DNA of 64,000 nt from Candidatus Babeliales bacterium (lineage in GTDB: Bacteria > Babelota > Babeliae > Babelales > JANWKD01), in the NCBI GenBank assembly GCA_963701665.1, contig OY969622.1, positions 864,001-928,000 of the forward strand, written 5' to 3'. The notes beneath the pieces were generated by a model. That model was not told where the DNA came from. It worked only from the letters and a program-made list of their open reading frames with translations, and made no database searches. The translations under genes and the position numbers were made by a program. The number at the start of each line of letters is the position of its first letter. Position 1 is the stretch's first letter. Of the stretch, positions 23,081 to 33,142 are shown one piece after another.

Positions 23081-24309
23081 AATTAGTTAACGAACAACCA
23101 CTTTTAAAAAGCTTCTTATTTGTGTTGGCATTGAGTGCAATAATTAATACACAGGCAATGGAAAAACAAGAAGAAGATTATCAATTAGCATCCCTATCAA
23201 TGGGCCAGACAATAGACATAGGCGAATTAACGGACGTTGTCGAAAATTTGCACGAGGCACACAAAGCACAAAATCGAGAACTTTTTGCAAATATTTTCCA
23301 ACATTTTACAGAAGATCTAAATCAAAAAGATCCCGTTGAACAATTAGCAACTTGGGTTGAAGCAACTAAAATAGCTGCTAAAAAAAGTAAACCGCTTACT
23401 CTCGCTTTTTGTGATAACCTTTTAAACATTTGCAATGCTTATCCGGACCTCTCAGAGATAACACCAGAAATAGTAAGACCACTCATCCCTAATTTACACA
23501 AAAATAAGCACCCCGAAGCAATTAAAAAAATTATTTGTATTTTTGCTAATAATGCTGACAGCGAAGAATATCATGCTATGCAAAGTAGCATACAGCATGG
23601 TTTGAATACTAGTACAACCCCAAGCATTGATAATGATGAAGCAATTGCACGCGCATACCAACAAGGCTCCCAACATATTAGCAATACAGAATATGATCTA
23701 GCATTAGCAAAAGCACTAGCCGCCAGTATGCAGATCAACGACAACAAAAATGCTGGTACATTGCAACCCAGTCCTCATTATCCTACTGGTTATAATGAAG
23801 ATTGGGCATTAGCACAAGCTCTAAGTGAAAGTGTGAAAGAAGTCAAATCAGAAAAACGCGCTTTCTTGGATCAACTGACAGATGAAGACTTGATCCAAGA
23901 GTCAGAACGTTTGAATACATCGAACCGACAATTACTTACAAACGTGCCAACTACATTTTATTCAGATTTGGATCAACTGACTGATGAAGAATTACTCCAA
24001 GAGGCAGACGATCTACTTACATCAAACCAAACATTATTAGAAGTACCTCCGGTCCCACCCGTCACCGTCACAGTTTATTCTGCTCCTCCTAAAGAAATAG
24101 AGGAATCAGACATACAAGAAGTACTCGCAGAAGGTATGCAATTTAACGCTCCTCCTCGTGAAGAAATAGCTGACCTTGAAGAGGAAGAGGATTTAAGTAT
24201 CGCGATCGAAGAAAGCCTACAAAGCCCTTCTACAAACGATACGCTATCATTCCTGAGAAGAATCCGTGATAATTTACGTGATAATTTAATCGGAGGCTTT
24301 GGTAGTTAA
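23077..24309 (+). CDS. Secreted acidic protein with multiple ubiquitin-interacting-motif-like helices
   Basis: EYDLALAKALAASMQ, NEDWALAQALSESVKE, EEEEDLSIAIEESLQS; duplicated LDQLTDExLxQE repeat. Confidence 0.65.
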   Translation: MKLVNEQPLLKSFLFVLALSAIINTQAMEKQEEDYQLASLSMGQTIDIGELTDVVENLHEAHKAQNRELFANIFQHFTEDLNQKDPVEQLATWVEATKIAAKKSKPLTLAFCDNLLNICNAYPDLSEITPEIVRPLIPNLHKNKHPEAIKKIICIFANNADSEEYHAMQSSIQHGLNTSTTPSIDNDEAIARAYQQGSQHISNTEYDLALAKALAASMQINDNKNAGTLQPSPHYPTGYNEDWALAQALSESVKEVKSEKRAFLDQLTDEDLIQESERLNTSNRQLLTNVPTTFYSDLDQLTDEELLQEADDLLTSNQTLLEVPPVPPVTVTVYSAPPKEIEESDIQEVLAEGMQFNAPPREEIADLEEEEDLSIAIEESLQSPSTNDTLSFLRRIRDNLRDNLIGGFGS

Positions 24310-24401
24310 TTCTATGGGGCAGATACTCTTACACATCGCGGTTTTAATCTTCTTGTTGATAATCAATCGTATCGCAGTAAAATTTTTGCTAAAATAAGAT
24401 T

Positions 24402-25409
24402 ATGTTACGACAAGAAATTACGACTTTTATCGAAAAACATTCCCTTTTGCCGCAAGGCAGCCGCATTGTTGTCGGCTTATCAGGTGGGCCTGATTCTGTG
24501 TTTTTGCTCCATGTCCTACATGGGCTTCAAAAAACATTGAATTTAACTCTTGTTGCCGCCCATTTGGATCACCAATGGCGCATTGATTCCGAATATGATG
24601 TCTTTTTTTGCCAAAGCATGGCCCAGACATTAGGTATCCCTTTTATAAGCGCTAAGGCTGGAACTTTACACACCCCAGTAAAAAATAATGGCTCTCAAGA
24701 AGAAGTGGGCAGGAAGCTGCGCCGTCAATTTTTAGAGCAGGTTCGCGAACAATTTAATGCTGATTATATTGCACTCGGGCATCACGCTCAAGATCAACAA
24801 GAAACCTTTTTCTTACGCCTCATTCGGGGTACCACCTTATCCGGATTAGTAAGCATGCGGCCAAAAAGTGGTTTTTATATTCGGCCTTTATTGGGGATTA
24901 ACAAATCAGAAATTATTGCATCCCTCAAACAAAAAAATATTCCTTTTTTGATTGACCCTACTAATGATTCAGATCTTTATCTGCGCAACCGTATTCGCTC
25001 AAAAGTGTTACCGGCACTCGAATTATGTGACGCGCGCTTCAATCATAATTTTGAACGTACGTTAAAATCGTTACATGAAACAGAAGATTTTCTCACGCGT
25101 TTAACAGAACAAGCATTCCTGCAAGTTACTCATTTTGATGGCATCCTGTATCACCTTGATATTGCCGCATTCTTTGCTCTTGATCCTGTGATACAAAATC
25201 GCGTTCTCATGGCATGGCTCATTAAGGAACAAGTGCCTTACACACCCGCCGATACTTTTTTACAAGAAATAAAACGTTTCTTAAGTAATAAAAAACACAA
25301 AGAACATGCTATGCACCATCTTTGGTCATTACAAAAACATGATGGCAAAGCTACGCTTCTAAAAAATCAGCCTTATACTTTTGAAACAAACGAATTGTCT
25401 TTGCAATAA
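24402..25409 (+). CDS. tilS: tRNA(Ile)-lysidine synthetase
   Basis: SGGPDS PP-loop, GHHAQDQQET, RPLL, DPTN, RNRIR. Confidence 0.95.
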   Translation: MLRQEITTFIEKHSLLPQGSRIVVGLSGGPDSVFLLHVLHGLQKTLNLTLVAAHLDHQWRIDSEYDVFFCQSMAQTLGIPFISAKAGTLHTPVKNNGSQEEVGRKLRRQFLEQVREQFNADYIALGHHAQDQQETFFLRLIRGTTLSGLVSMRPKSGFYIRPLLGINKSEIIASLKQKNIPFLIDPTNDSDLYLRNRIRSKVLPALELCDARFNHNFERTLKSLHETEDFLTRLTEQAFLQVTHFDGILYHLDIAAFFALDPVIQNRVLMAWLIKEQVPYTPADTFLQEIKRFLSNKKHKEHAMHHLWSLQKHDGKATLLKNQPYTFETNELSLQ

Positions 25410-25963
25410 AAGCGCCACGCGCGTTCTTGCTCTTTGCTAATACCGATTCTTTTTGTCGCAACAATGTCACTTTTTTTGAGCTCGATACCCTGCACAATGT
25501 ATAACGGCCCTTTTTTAGTTATATCGCAACCGTATAATGCTTTAGTAATATGCAATGCTTGCGCGAGTTTTCCTGGCCCACTCGTTAAGTTATGTAATGC
25601 ACTCGTTTTTCGCCGCGCGCTCATGAGCTCAATGCCCTCGACTGGTTCAAGCGCGCGTATCAAAATACCTCCGGCAAGCATCGTGCTTTTGCGGGCTACG
25701 ACATTCAAACAAAAGTGCATGCCATACGTAAAATAAATATACGCATGCCCTACAGGCCCAAAAAGTGCTTCATTAGATTTTGTTTTGCCTCGATAGGCGT
25801 GACACGCGGCATCAGTGCATACGTACGCTTCCGTTTCAACAATAATCCCTGCACATATATTTCCTTTTTCTTCACGTACAACAATATTTCCTAAAAGTTT
25901 GCGCGCCACAAGCACCGTATCACGCGCATAAAAAGTTCGTGGCAGCAATTTTCCAACAGCCAT
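25373..25963 (-). CDS. mpg: DNA-3-methyladenine glycosylase (MPG/AAG family)
   Basis: IVETEAY, YIYFTYGMH, LIRALEP, GPGKL, RIGI. Confidence 0.93.
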   Translation of the reverse strand: MAVGKLLPRTFYARDTVLVARKLLGNIVVREEKGNICAGIIVETEAYVCTDAACHAYRGKTKSNEALFGPVGHAYIYFTYGMHFCLNVVARKSTMLAGGILIRALEPVEGIELMSARRKTSALHNLTSGPGKLAQALHITKALYGCDITKKGPLYIVQGIELKKSDIVATKRIGISKEQERAWRFYCKDNSFVSKV

Positions 25964-26063
25964 AGTAAAAACCTTACAATTAAACGTCTTTATTTACTCA
26001 ATACATAGTTCTCGAGTAATCTTACAATAAGAGCACAAAAAAAGGTTAGCAAGGAAAATAGAA

Positions 26064-27086
26064 ATGATGTACAAAAAACCATATGAAAGAAATATGAGCT
26101 GGCTTTTACTGCTCGCCTTATTGCTTAATCTCCTTTTTTTGTATGTTATTTTTTTTATCGCCTTTGATATGCATGATTTTTTTTCGCCAAAAAAAGAAAT
26201 TTTTGAACATGATGCGCCTGTTGTTTTTGAATCGCCACAGCAAGAAGAACCTCAAGAACAACCGCCTCCCATTAACGAGGTTGCTGCATTAAAACCACGA
26301 GCATCGCAGTTTGGCGCTACAGAACTTGTGCAAGATGAACCGGAATTCACGCCCGGTGTGTATGATAAACTTATCCCTGAAGTTCTTGGCAAAGATGAAA
26401 GCGATAACGAAAAAACAGAAGAAATTTCTACGGAACAAACAAAAGATTTTGACACAAAATCAGAAAAGCAAGAAGAACCCACCCAAGAAATTGTTTCTGA
26501 AAGTTCTGATGTTTTATTCAAACCAATCGTAAAACCCGAACCCGCTCTTAAGCCCTCAAAAAGCATAGAACAAGGTAAGCAGCAAAAAGCAAGCCAACGC
26601 ACTACACTCGGCGCTCAAGCAAAAATTGCATCTCCCATGGAAAAAAAATTAACCTTCAATGATTTAGCGACAGGATTTTTAGCTTCATGGCAAAACGAGG
26701 GCAGCGATTGGTTTGAGCGGAAAGGTAATGAAAATATTCGTCCTGATTTTGAAGAAATGAAATATTTAAGTTATTTACAAAAAATTGCTTGGTATATGCA
26801 AAACGCGTGGCAACGTCAAGAACGCGTGCAAGTGCACAATCCACCCGCAGATATTGTCGTAACCGGCGTACGCGTTACGCTCGATAAATTAGGCAATCTT
26901 GTTAATGCTGCCATGTTGCAATCGTGTGGCGTTGCACAACTTGACGATATGGTTATGCGCGGCATTCGTGAAGGCGGCCCTTATCCGCCATTACCCGAAC
27001 ATTTTAAAAAAGAAATTATGTCATTTGAATTTGGCGTAAAGCATTTGCTCTCGCATAATCCATTTGCTTATAACTTTGGTAGATAA
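26064..27086 (+). CDS. TonB/TolA-like protein (N-terminal TM, P/E-rich linker, TonB C-terminal domain)
   Basis: VTLDKLGNL...SCGVAQLDDMVMRGIREGGPYPPLP. Confidence 0.7.
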   Translation: MMYKKPYERNMSWLLLLALLLNLLFLYVIFFIAFDMHDFFSPKKEIFEHDAPVVFESPQQEEPQEQPPPINEVAALKPRASQFGATELVQDEPEFTPGVYDKLIPEVLGKDESDNEKTEEISTEQTKDFDTKSEKQEEPTQEIVSESSDVLFKPIVKPEPALKPSKSIEQGKQQKASQRTTLGAQAKIASPMEKKLTFNDLATGFLASWQNEGSDWFERKGNENIRPDFEEMKYLSYLQKIAWYMQNAWQRQERVQVHNPPADIVVTGVRVTLDKLGNLVNAAMLQSCGVAQLDDMVMRGIREGGPYPPLPEHFKKEIMSFEFGVKHLLSHNPFAYNFGR

Positions 27087-27166
27087 GGTTAAATAAAATA
27101 TCCTTTATAAAATTTAATTTTACGGCCTTTGCAAACAATTACCCAGTTGTTTAAAGTTATTTGAGG

Positions 27167-27496
27167 TTAAACTTTTTTAGATTTTGTTTTATTTACTGAT
27201 GTCTTTTTAGGTGATAAAGAAATTTTCATCGAATAACCCAAAGCATCAGCAACTTGAGCGAGTTTTCCAACAGATGTTGTAGTGTACCCACCCTTTTCTA
27301 GTCGTGCGATAGCTGGTTGTTGAAGATGAAGGCGCTTAGCAAGTTCTGATTGAGAATAACGCGCTTTTTTTCTTGCCTTTATAAACTTTTCAAGTAATGC
27401 AAATTCTGGTTCTAATAAGTCATATGCAGTTTTAAGTTCTTTATTTTCTAAAGCTCTTTTTTTATATGCTGCAAAGCTTGGTCTTTTATTCTTCAT
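27167..27496 (-). CDS. XRE-HTH antitoxin (HigA-like)
   Basis: ARKKARYSQSELAKRLHLQQPAIARLEKG; directly downstream of toxin remnant. Confidence 0.85.
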   Translation of the reverse strand: MKNKRPSFAAYKKRALENKELKTAYDLLEPEFALLEKFIKARKKARYSQSELAKRLHLQQPAIARLEKGGYTTTSVGKLAQVADALGYSMKISLSPKKTSVNKTKSKKV

Positions 27497-27816
27497 TTTT
27501 TACCTCTTTCATGCGCCGTATTGCTATTTCCATTTCCCTTGGCGGAGTTTTTTGTGTTTTCTTTATAAATTCGCTCAGTACTATTACAATTTTCCCTTTT
27601 ATAGTACAAAAAGGAGCCCGAGCGATGCCTTCAGGCCCCTTTACTCTACTCAAAAAGTCCTTTTTTTAAAGGCTTAATATGAGGCATTCCTAATTCATCA
27701 GGGCCCATTTTTTCAATAAGTTCAGCTACTTTTAAAAACTTAGCCCTTAAATGTACTGGCCATTCATCAATACCCTTTTCAACCTTAGTACTATAAAATT
27801 CTACTTTCCAGCTCAT
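27486..27816 (-). pseudogene. Frameshifted RelE/HigB (Gp49-like) toxin
   Basis: MSWKVEFYS...GMPHIKPLKKGLFE* then, in another frame, RVKGPEGIARAPFC...EFIKKTQKTPPREMEIAIRRMKEV; break at ~27650. Confidence 0.8.
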
Positions 27817-27965
27817 TTAAATCTCGCTTTTTTTAATAAAAAACACCTTAAAATTATAACAAATATATTATATTTTCGCAATATAATTAGCAACAATTTA
27901 AGAAAGCCAGAAGCGTAACATGAGGCCCGCATAACTGCGTAAGTTACAATAAAAGAGTTTTTCTA

Positions 27966-28013
27966 AAGGATTTATTTAGGTTCCGGATTCCCACGGCTTC
28001 GCCTCGGAATGAC
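27966..28013. repeat. Partial copy of the palindromic repeat family
   Basis: aaggatttatttaggttccggattcccacggcttcgcctcggaatgac matches 2163-2214. Confidence 0.7.
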
Positions 28014-28149
28014 ATTTTTTGTTTGAATTTATCCCACGCCTACATCGTATTTACGAAAAAATTAAAACTTTAAGCTTCTAGACTTTTTACAACTTTCGTT
28101 TTATAACTAGACCCACATTTGATAGGTATGAAGCACGCGAGAGGAGTCA

Positions 28150-29457
28150 ATGGCGAAAGTAGTGATTATTGGGGCTGGCTTAACAGGTATTTCAACCGCG
28201 TATTATTTAGAAAAACATAATTTCTTCGATTACATCATGGTTGAAAAAGATGATTCTATCGGTGGATTATGCAGATCTATCTATCATGACGGCTTCACTT
28301 TCGATTACACCGGACACTTATTACATGCAAGCGATCCTGGCTTTCAGCAACTTATTCGCGATGTTGTCGGTATCGATACCCTAAACAGTATTTTAAGACG
28401 TTCTTATATTTATTCACATGAAAGTTACACGAAATATCCATTTCAAGTAAATTTATTTGGATTGCCATCTGAGGTGATAGCTGAATGTATCGAAGGTTTT
28501 GTCAAACGAAAAAAAAGTAAAAAAAGAATACAGGCATTTTATGATTTTGTGTTAGAGAATTTTGGGAAAGGCTTAGCAAAACATTTTTTCTTTCCTTATC
28601 AAAAAAAAATCTGTTCCTACAACTTAAAAAAACTTACCTCAAGTTGGATGGGAAGATTTGTTCCCTCCACCTCACTACAACAAATGATACATGGTGCGCT
28701 TAAGGATCCTTCATCAGAAATTGGTATCGGCTATAATGCTCATTTTTATTATCCAAAACAAGGCGGCATACAAACATGGGTACTGAAACTTGCGCATGCA
28801 TTAAAAAACCCCATCCGCGTTAATCACGCTGTTAAGATAATTGATGCTGCCAAAAAACAGGTAATTTTCCACAACAATGAATCTGAACCGTATGATATTT
28901 TAATTAACACGATGCCCCTCGATTATTTCCTTGGCAGCCTGCAAGAAAAATCTTCAACAGCGCTCAAAAATGCCATCCCTCATCTTATTTGCAACTCAGT
29001 AATCAATTTCAATCTCGGCATCGCACGCGCTGATCTTTCCGATAAGCATTGGATATATTTTCCTGAATCAAGCTATCCTTTTTATCGACTTGGATTCCCG
29101 CACAATTTTGCATCTTCAATGGCACCAGAAGGATGCAGCTCATTGTATGGTGAATTTTCTCATATCAAAAAATCTTCTTCTACGGTTAAAAAAACGTTAG
29201 ACACAGCATTACATGCAACAAAAAAGCTGTTCAAATTGGCATCACACGACATTATAACTGAAAAAATTATATCAATTCCTCATGCCTATGTAATTTATGA
29301 TTTTTGGCGCGAAAAAAATCTACCAAAAATTCACGAAACATTACGTTCTGATAACATATACTCAATAGGACGATATGGCGCTTGGAAATATTCAAGCATG
29401 CAAGAAGCAGTCCTTGATGGAAAAAAAATGGCTGAAGAGCTCATTGCATATATATAA
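28150..29457 (+). CDS. FAD-dependent oxidoreductase (HemY/amine-oxidase-like fold; possibly UDP-galactopyranose mutase-like)
   Basis: GAGLTG, GGLCRS, GFTFDYTGH, GRYGAWKY. Confidence 0.75.
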   Translation: MAKVVIIGAGLTGISTAYYLEKHNFFDYIMVEKDDSIGGLCRSIYHDGFTFDYTGHLLHASDPGFQQLIRDVVGIDTLNSILRRSYIYSHESYTKYPFQVNLFGLPSEVIAECIEGFVKRKKSKKRIQAFYDFVLENFGKGLAKHFFFPYQKKICSYNLKKLTSSWMGRFVPSTSLQQMIHGALKDPSSEIGIGYNAHFYYPKQGGIQTWVLKLAHALKNPIRVNHAVKIIDAAKKQVIFHNNESEPYDILINTMPLDYFLGSLQEKSSTALKNAIPHLICNSVINFNLGIARADLSDKHWIYFPESSYPFYRLGFPHNFASSMAPEGCSSLYGEFSHIKKSSSTVKKTLDTALHATKKLFKLASHDIITEKIISIPHAYVIYDFWREKNLPKIHETLRSDNIYSIGRYGAWKYSSMQEAVLDGKKMAEELIAYI

Positions 29458-29472
29458 AAAGGAATTGGTAGT

Positions 29473-30438
29473 ATGAAAGCATCATATAATCGCTGTAATG
29501 TTTTGGTTACGGGCGGCGCAGGATTCATTGGCTCACATCTTGCTGAGGCATTGGTACATCTTGGTGCCTATGTCACCATTCTTGATAATTTCAAAACAGG
29601 ACGACGAGAAAATATAGCCGGCATCAAGGAATCAATTGCCCTTATTGAAGGCGATATAACCGATTTCCAAACATGCAAAGAAGCAACAAGTCATCAAGAA
29701 TTAATTTTTCATTGCGCAGCTGAAACATCAGTACCTGAATCAATGCAAACTCCTTTTATCACCCATCACGTGAATGTTAATGGCACTGCCAACTTGCTTG
29801 AAGCAGCTCGTATCAATGCCGTTAAACGATTTATTTTTTCATCATCATCGGCCGTCTATGGACAACAATTAGGATTGTGCACCGAAACAGCACAATGCAA
29901 ACCCGCCTCACCCTATGGGCTTTCAAAGCTCATCGGTGAAATGATGTGTAAACAATATACGCAAAATTTTGGATTGAAAACGATCAGTTTACGTTACTTT
30001 AATGTCTACGGCCCTCGCCAGGACCCTTTTGCCTCTTATGCATCCGTTATTGCACATTTTAGGGCTGCCATGGCGGCTAATAAACCAATTACCGTATATG
30101 GTGACGGCTTACAAACGCGCGATTTTGTACCGGTCAGACAAGTGGTGGAAACGAATCTTAAGGTAGGCATTCTTGCGAGCACCTTTGTTTCTGATCTTGC
30201 ACTCAACTGTGCAACGGGAAATAGTATTACAGTCCTACAACTTATTCAAAAATTGAAACATGAATTTCCTCATTTTTCTGAAGGGATTTATTTTGCGCCT
30301 GCACGTCCAGGGGATATAAAACACACCGCTGCAGATTGCACACGATATAAAAAGATCATGGAAGATTACCAAAAATATTCGGAAGCGTTGCCGGCATTTA
30401 TCCCAGAAGAACCTTCACAACAGCACCAAGTAACATAG
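29473..30438 (+). CDS. NAD-dependent nucleotide-sugar epimerase/dehydratase
   Basis: TGGAGFIGSH, SSSAVYG, YGLSK, LRYFNVYGPRQ. Confidence 0.92.
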   Translation: MKASYNRCNVLVTGGAGFIGSHLAEALVHLGAYVTILDNFKTGRRENIAGIKESIALIEGDITDFQTCKEATSHQELIFHCAAETSVPESMQTPFITHHVNVNGTANLLEAARINAVKRFIFSSSSAVYGQQLGLCTETAQCKPASPYGLSKLIGEMMCKQYTQNFGLKTISLRYFNVYGPRQDPFASYASVIAHFRAAMAANKPITVYGDGLQTRDFVPVRQVVETNLKVGILASTFVSDLALNCATGNSITVLQLIQKLKHEFPHFSEGIYFAPARPGDIKHTAADCTRYKKIMEDYQKYSEALPAFIPEEPSQQHQVT

Positions 30439-30549
30439 GCTCAACTATGATTATATCAGTATGGTTTTGGCGTTTTTTTTATTTGATGGTATACTTGCTT
30501 GCAGCATCTAATTCTTTAAACCTCTTTTTTCTCGTAACTCCATATCATT

Positions 30550-31677
30550 ATGAAACAAGATTTTTATGAAACTTTAGGCGTTTCTAAAACTGCTACCCAA
30601 GAAGAAATTAAAAACGCTTATCGAAAATTAGCTCTCAAATATCACCCAGATCGTAATCCGGGCAATAAAGAAGCTGAAGAAAAGTTCAAAGCTGCTGCTG
30701 AAGCATATCAAATTTTATCTGATCCTGAAAAACGTAAACGTTATGATCAATTTGGTACTGCTGATACGGGCAACATGGGCGGCTTTGGCCAAGAAATGAA
30801 TATGGAAGATATCTTCGAGAATTTCGGTGATATTTTCGAAACATTATTTGGGGGTGCTGGCGGACGAAGAAAAAGCAGTAAAGCAACAGGCCCAACGGCA
30901 CGCCGTGGCCATGATTTAAATAAAGAAATTACTATCACCCTAAAAGAATCGTATTTAGGCACTAAAAAAGATATTAGTTATTATCGGTTTGTTATCTGCG
31001 AAACGTGCGCTGGTAAAGGCGCAAAGCCAGGCACAACGACTCAAGTATGTCCGACATGCCATGGATCTGGACAACAACAATATAGGCAAGGCTTTTTTGC
31101 ATTTAGCCAACCATGCCCAACGTGTGCTGGCCAAGGTTTTATCATTCCAACACCGTGCACCGTGTGCAAAGGTCAAACGCGCGTCCAAAAACTTGATAAA
31201 TTCTCTATCACGATCCCAAAAGGTATTTTTAACAATGCTGAATTGCGCGTGCAAGGGAAAGGTGATGATGGCGTTTTTGGCGGCCAAGCTGGCGATTTAT
31301 TTGTCAGAATTATTGTTACTCCTGATAAAAAATTCAAACGCATCGATGATGATTTAACGTGTTCGCTTATGGTTACCTATCCTGAATTAGTATTCGGTTC
31401 TCAAGTTGAAATGGAACTCATTGATGGCAGTAAAGAAACAGTCAAAATTCCAAAAGGCTCGCCGGTACATCATCAGATTGTCATCCCTGGCAAAGGATTC
31501 GCTCATCTTCGCGGTAAAGGAGCAGGCAATCTTATTATTACGGTACAATGTCATATACCTACAAAATTAACAAAAGAAGCAAAAGAAACTTTATCAAAAT
31601 ATTCTGAATTGATCGGTACCAATGTTACCGATTCTGATTCGAACATCGTAGGGTTTTTCAAAAAATTTTTAGGTTAA
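30550..31677 (+). CDS. dnaJ: Chaperone DnaJ
   Basis: J domain HPD, G/F region, four CxxCxGxG-type repeats. Confidence 0.97.
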   Translation: MKQDFYETLGVSKTATQEEIKNAYRKLALKYHPDRNPGNKEAEEKFKAAAEAYQILSDPEKRKRYDQFGTADTGNMGGFGQEMNMEDIFENFGDIFETLFGGAGGRRKSSKATGPTARRGHDLNKEITITLKESYLGTKKDISYYRFVICETCAGKGAKPGTTTQVCPTCHGSGQQQYRQGFFAFSQPCPTCAGQGFIIPTPCTVCKGQTRVQKLDKFSITIPKGIFNNAELRVQGKGDDGVFGGQAGDLFVRIIVTPDKKFKRIDDDLTCSLMVTYPELVFGSQVEMELIDGSKETVKIPKGSPVHHQIVIPGKGFAHLRGKGAGNLIITVQCHIPTKLTKEAKETLSKYSELIGTNVTDSDSNIVGFFKKFLG

Positions 31678-31705
31678 TCCCATTACGCTAAAAGGAGCAT
31701 ATATA

Positions 31706-32275
31706 ATGAAACGTTCATTAAAAGTAAGCGTTGCAAGCAGTTTTGTTGTAACGAGCTTATTACTTGCTACAGGTTGTTCAGACAAAGAACAATGTTCTGT
31801 AGAAAATTCTGAAATTGACCAGATTACATTGCAGCAACCTTCAAGTAGTTCACAAGCATCTGAAATGGAAGAAACCCCTATGCAAACGGAAGAAAACAAA
31901 AAACCTATGACCGCCGTACATACTGCCTCAGGATTATCATATACCATACTCAAAGAAGGTGATCCTAATTCAGCAACACCTATCCGCGGCTCAAAAGTTA
32001 TTGTCCATTACACAGGCTGGCTTGCCGACAAGCAAAAAAATCCTCGTTTTGACAAACAATTCGATAGCAGCAAGAAACACGGAACCCCATTCCAATTTCC
32101 CATTGGCATGGGTAAAGTTATCAGAGGCTGGGATGAAGGAGTCATGACCATGCGAAGGGGAGAAATCCGCCGTATTTACATACCTTCAGGCCTAGCATAT
32201 GGGGCTGCTGAAGTTGGCTCTATTCCTCCTTTTTCTGATCTGGTTTTTGACGTTGAACTCATTGATTTTAGATAA
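31706..32275 (+). CDS. FKBP-type peptidyl-prolyl isomerase (lipoprotein, Mip-like)
   Basis: LATGC lipobox; VHYTGWL, FDSS, VIRGWDEG, LAYG, FDVELI. Confidence 0.92.
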   Translation: MKRSLKVSVASSFVVTSLLLATGCSDKEQCSVENSEIDQITLQQPSSSSQASEMEETPMQTEENKKPMTAVHTASGLSYTILKEGDPNSATPIRGSKVIVHYTGWLADKQKNPRFDKQFDSSKKHGTPFQFPIGMGKVIRGWDEGVMTMRRGEIRRIYIPSGLAYGAAEVGSIPPFSDLVFDVELIDFR

Positions 32276-32287
32276 AGATCTTCCTAA

Positions 32288-32316
32288 AAAAGCCTCCTGG
32301 TAACCAGGAGGCTTTT
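32288..32316 (+). terminator. Intrinsic terminator
   Basis: aaaagcctcctgg-taa-ccaggaggctttt. Confidence 0.75.
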
Positions 32317-32434
32317 GCCCCCCCCCTCAGGTTGAAAAAACCCTTTTAAAACCTTGCTTTTTTGGCTTTAGACCTGCTATGCTGAATATGAGGTAATGAC
32401 TCAAAAATAGTCTTGATTTAAAAAGGAGAAAATC

Positions 32435-32704
32435 ATGAAAAAGTTCTTATATGCTTTACTCGTTCTTGTTGGTTTTGCTATCGTAACACCAGCAGTTGCA
32501 CAAATAGGCCATAGAGGCGAAAACCCAACAGTGCCACAAAACTTACGACCAGCAGGCCGACCAGCGGGGCAAAGATATGGTCATGAAGGTGAAAACCCAA
32601 CAACCAGAAGATTTGGTCATCGTGGAGAAAATCCAAATGCAAATAATTGGCAACAAGAACACAAAGGTATTCGCGCTATCTCAGGAACACAATACCCACG
32701 TTAA
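32435..32704 (+). CDS. Small secreted protein with three GH(R/E)GENP repeats
   Basis: AAGGAG RBS, signal peptide ending AVA, IGHRGENPT/YGHEGENPT/FGHRGENPN, hairpin downstream. Confidence 0.75.
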   Translation: MKKFLYALLVLVGFAIVTPAVAQIGHRGENPTVPQNLRPAGRPAGQRYGHEGENPTTRRFGHRGENPNANNWQQEHKGIRAISGTQYPR

Positions 32705-32773
32705 TGTGCTAGAAAAAATTGAAGCTAAGAATAAAACTCTTAGCTTCTTTGTTTTTAATAAAAGGAGTTTCTA

Positions 32774-32995
32774 ATGCATTTGCCAAGAATTTTTATACTT
32801 TCGATTGTTATTCTTTCTTCGTCATCTCTTTTTGCGCAGCAGCCCAAAAAGCGTATTGTATCTAGAAAACCAACAACACAAACAGCAACGGTTAAAATTA
32901 AGCCTTTAACGCAAAAAAATACTGCCACTGAAAAAACGATTGCTGAACGTGTTCGTAAGCCAAATAAAGCTGCTTTAGAAAATATCGCATTCTAA
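32774..32995 (+). CDS. Small secreted basic protein
   Basis: AAGGAG RBS, signal peptide, K/T-rich mature part. Confidence 0.6.
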   Translation: MHLPRIFILSIVILSSSSLFAQQPKKRIVSRKPTTQTATVKIKPLTQKNTATEKTIAERVRKPNKAALENIAF

Positions 32996-33142
32996 ATCAA
33001 CTATTTTTCTCTTGCTTCAAGACAAATTTATTTGACAAATATTGATTTTTATTCAGCTTTTTGCTAAAATTAAAGATAATAAAGCTAGTATATTTTTTAC
33101 AAAAAACTAATTTATCCAATAGATTTAGGTGAAGGAAATATT

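Noticed and set aside
25373..25409. 37-bp convergent overlap of tilS and mpg
   Set aside because: Short 3' overlaps are common in compact genomes
32500..32645. Spaced ~24-nt repeats as a possible mini-CRISPR
   Set aside because: Repeats are degenerate at third codon positions and in frame within a CDS; no cas genes present
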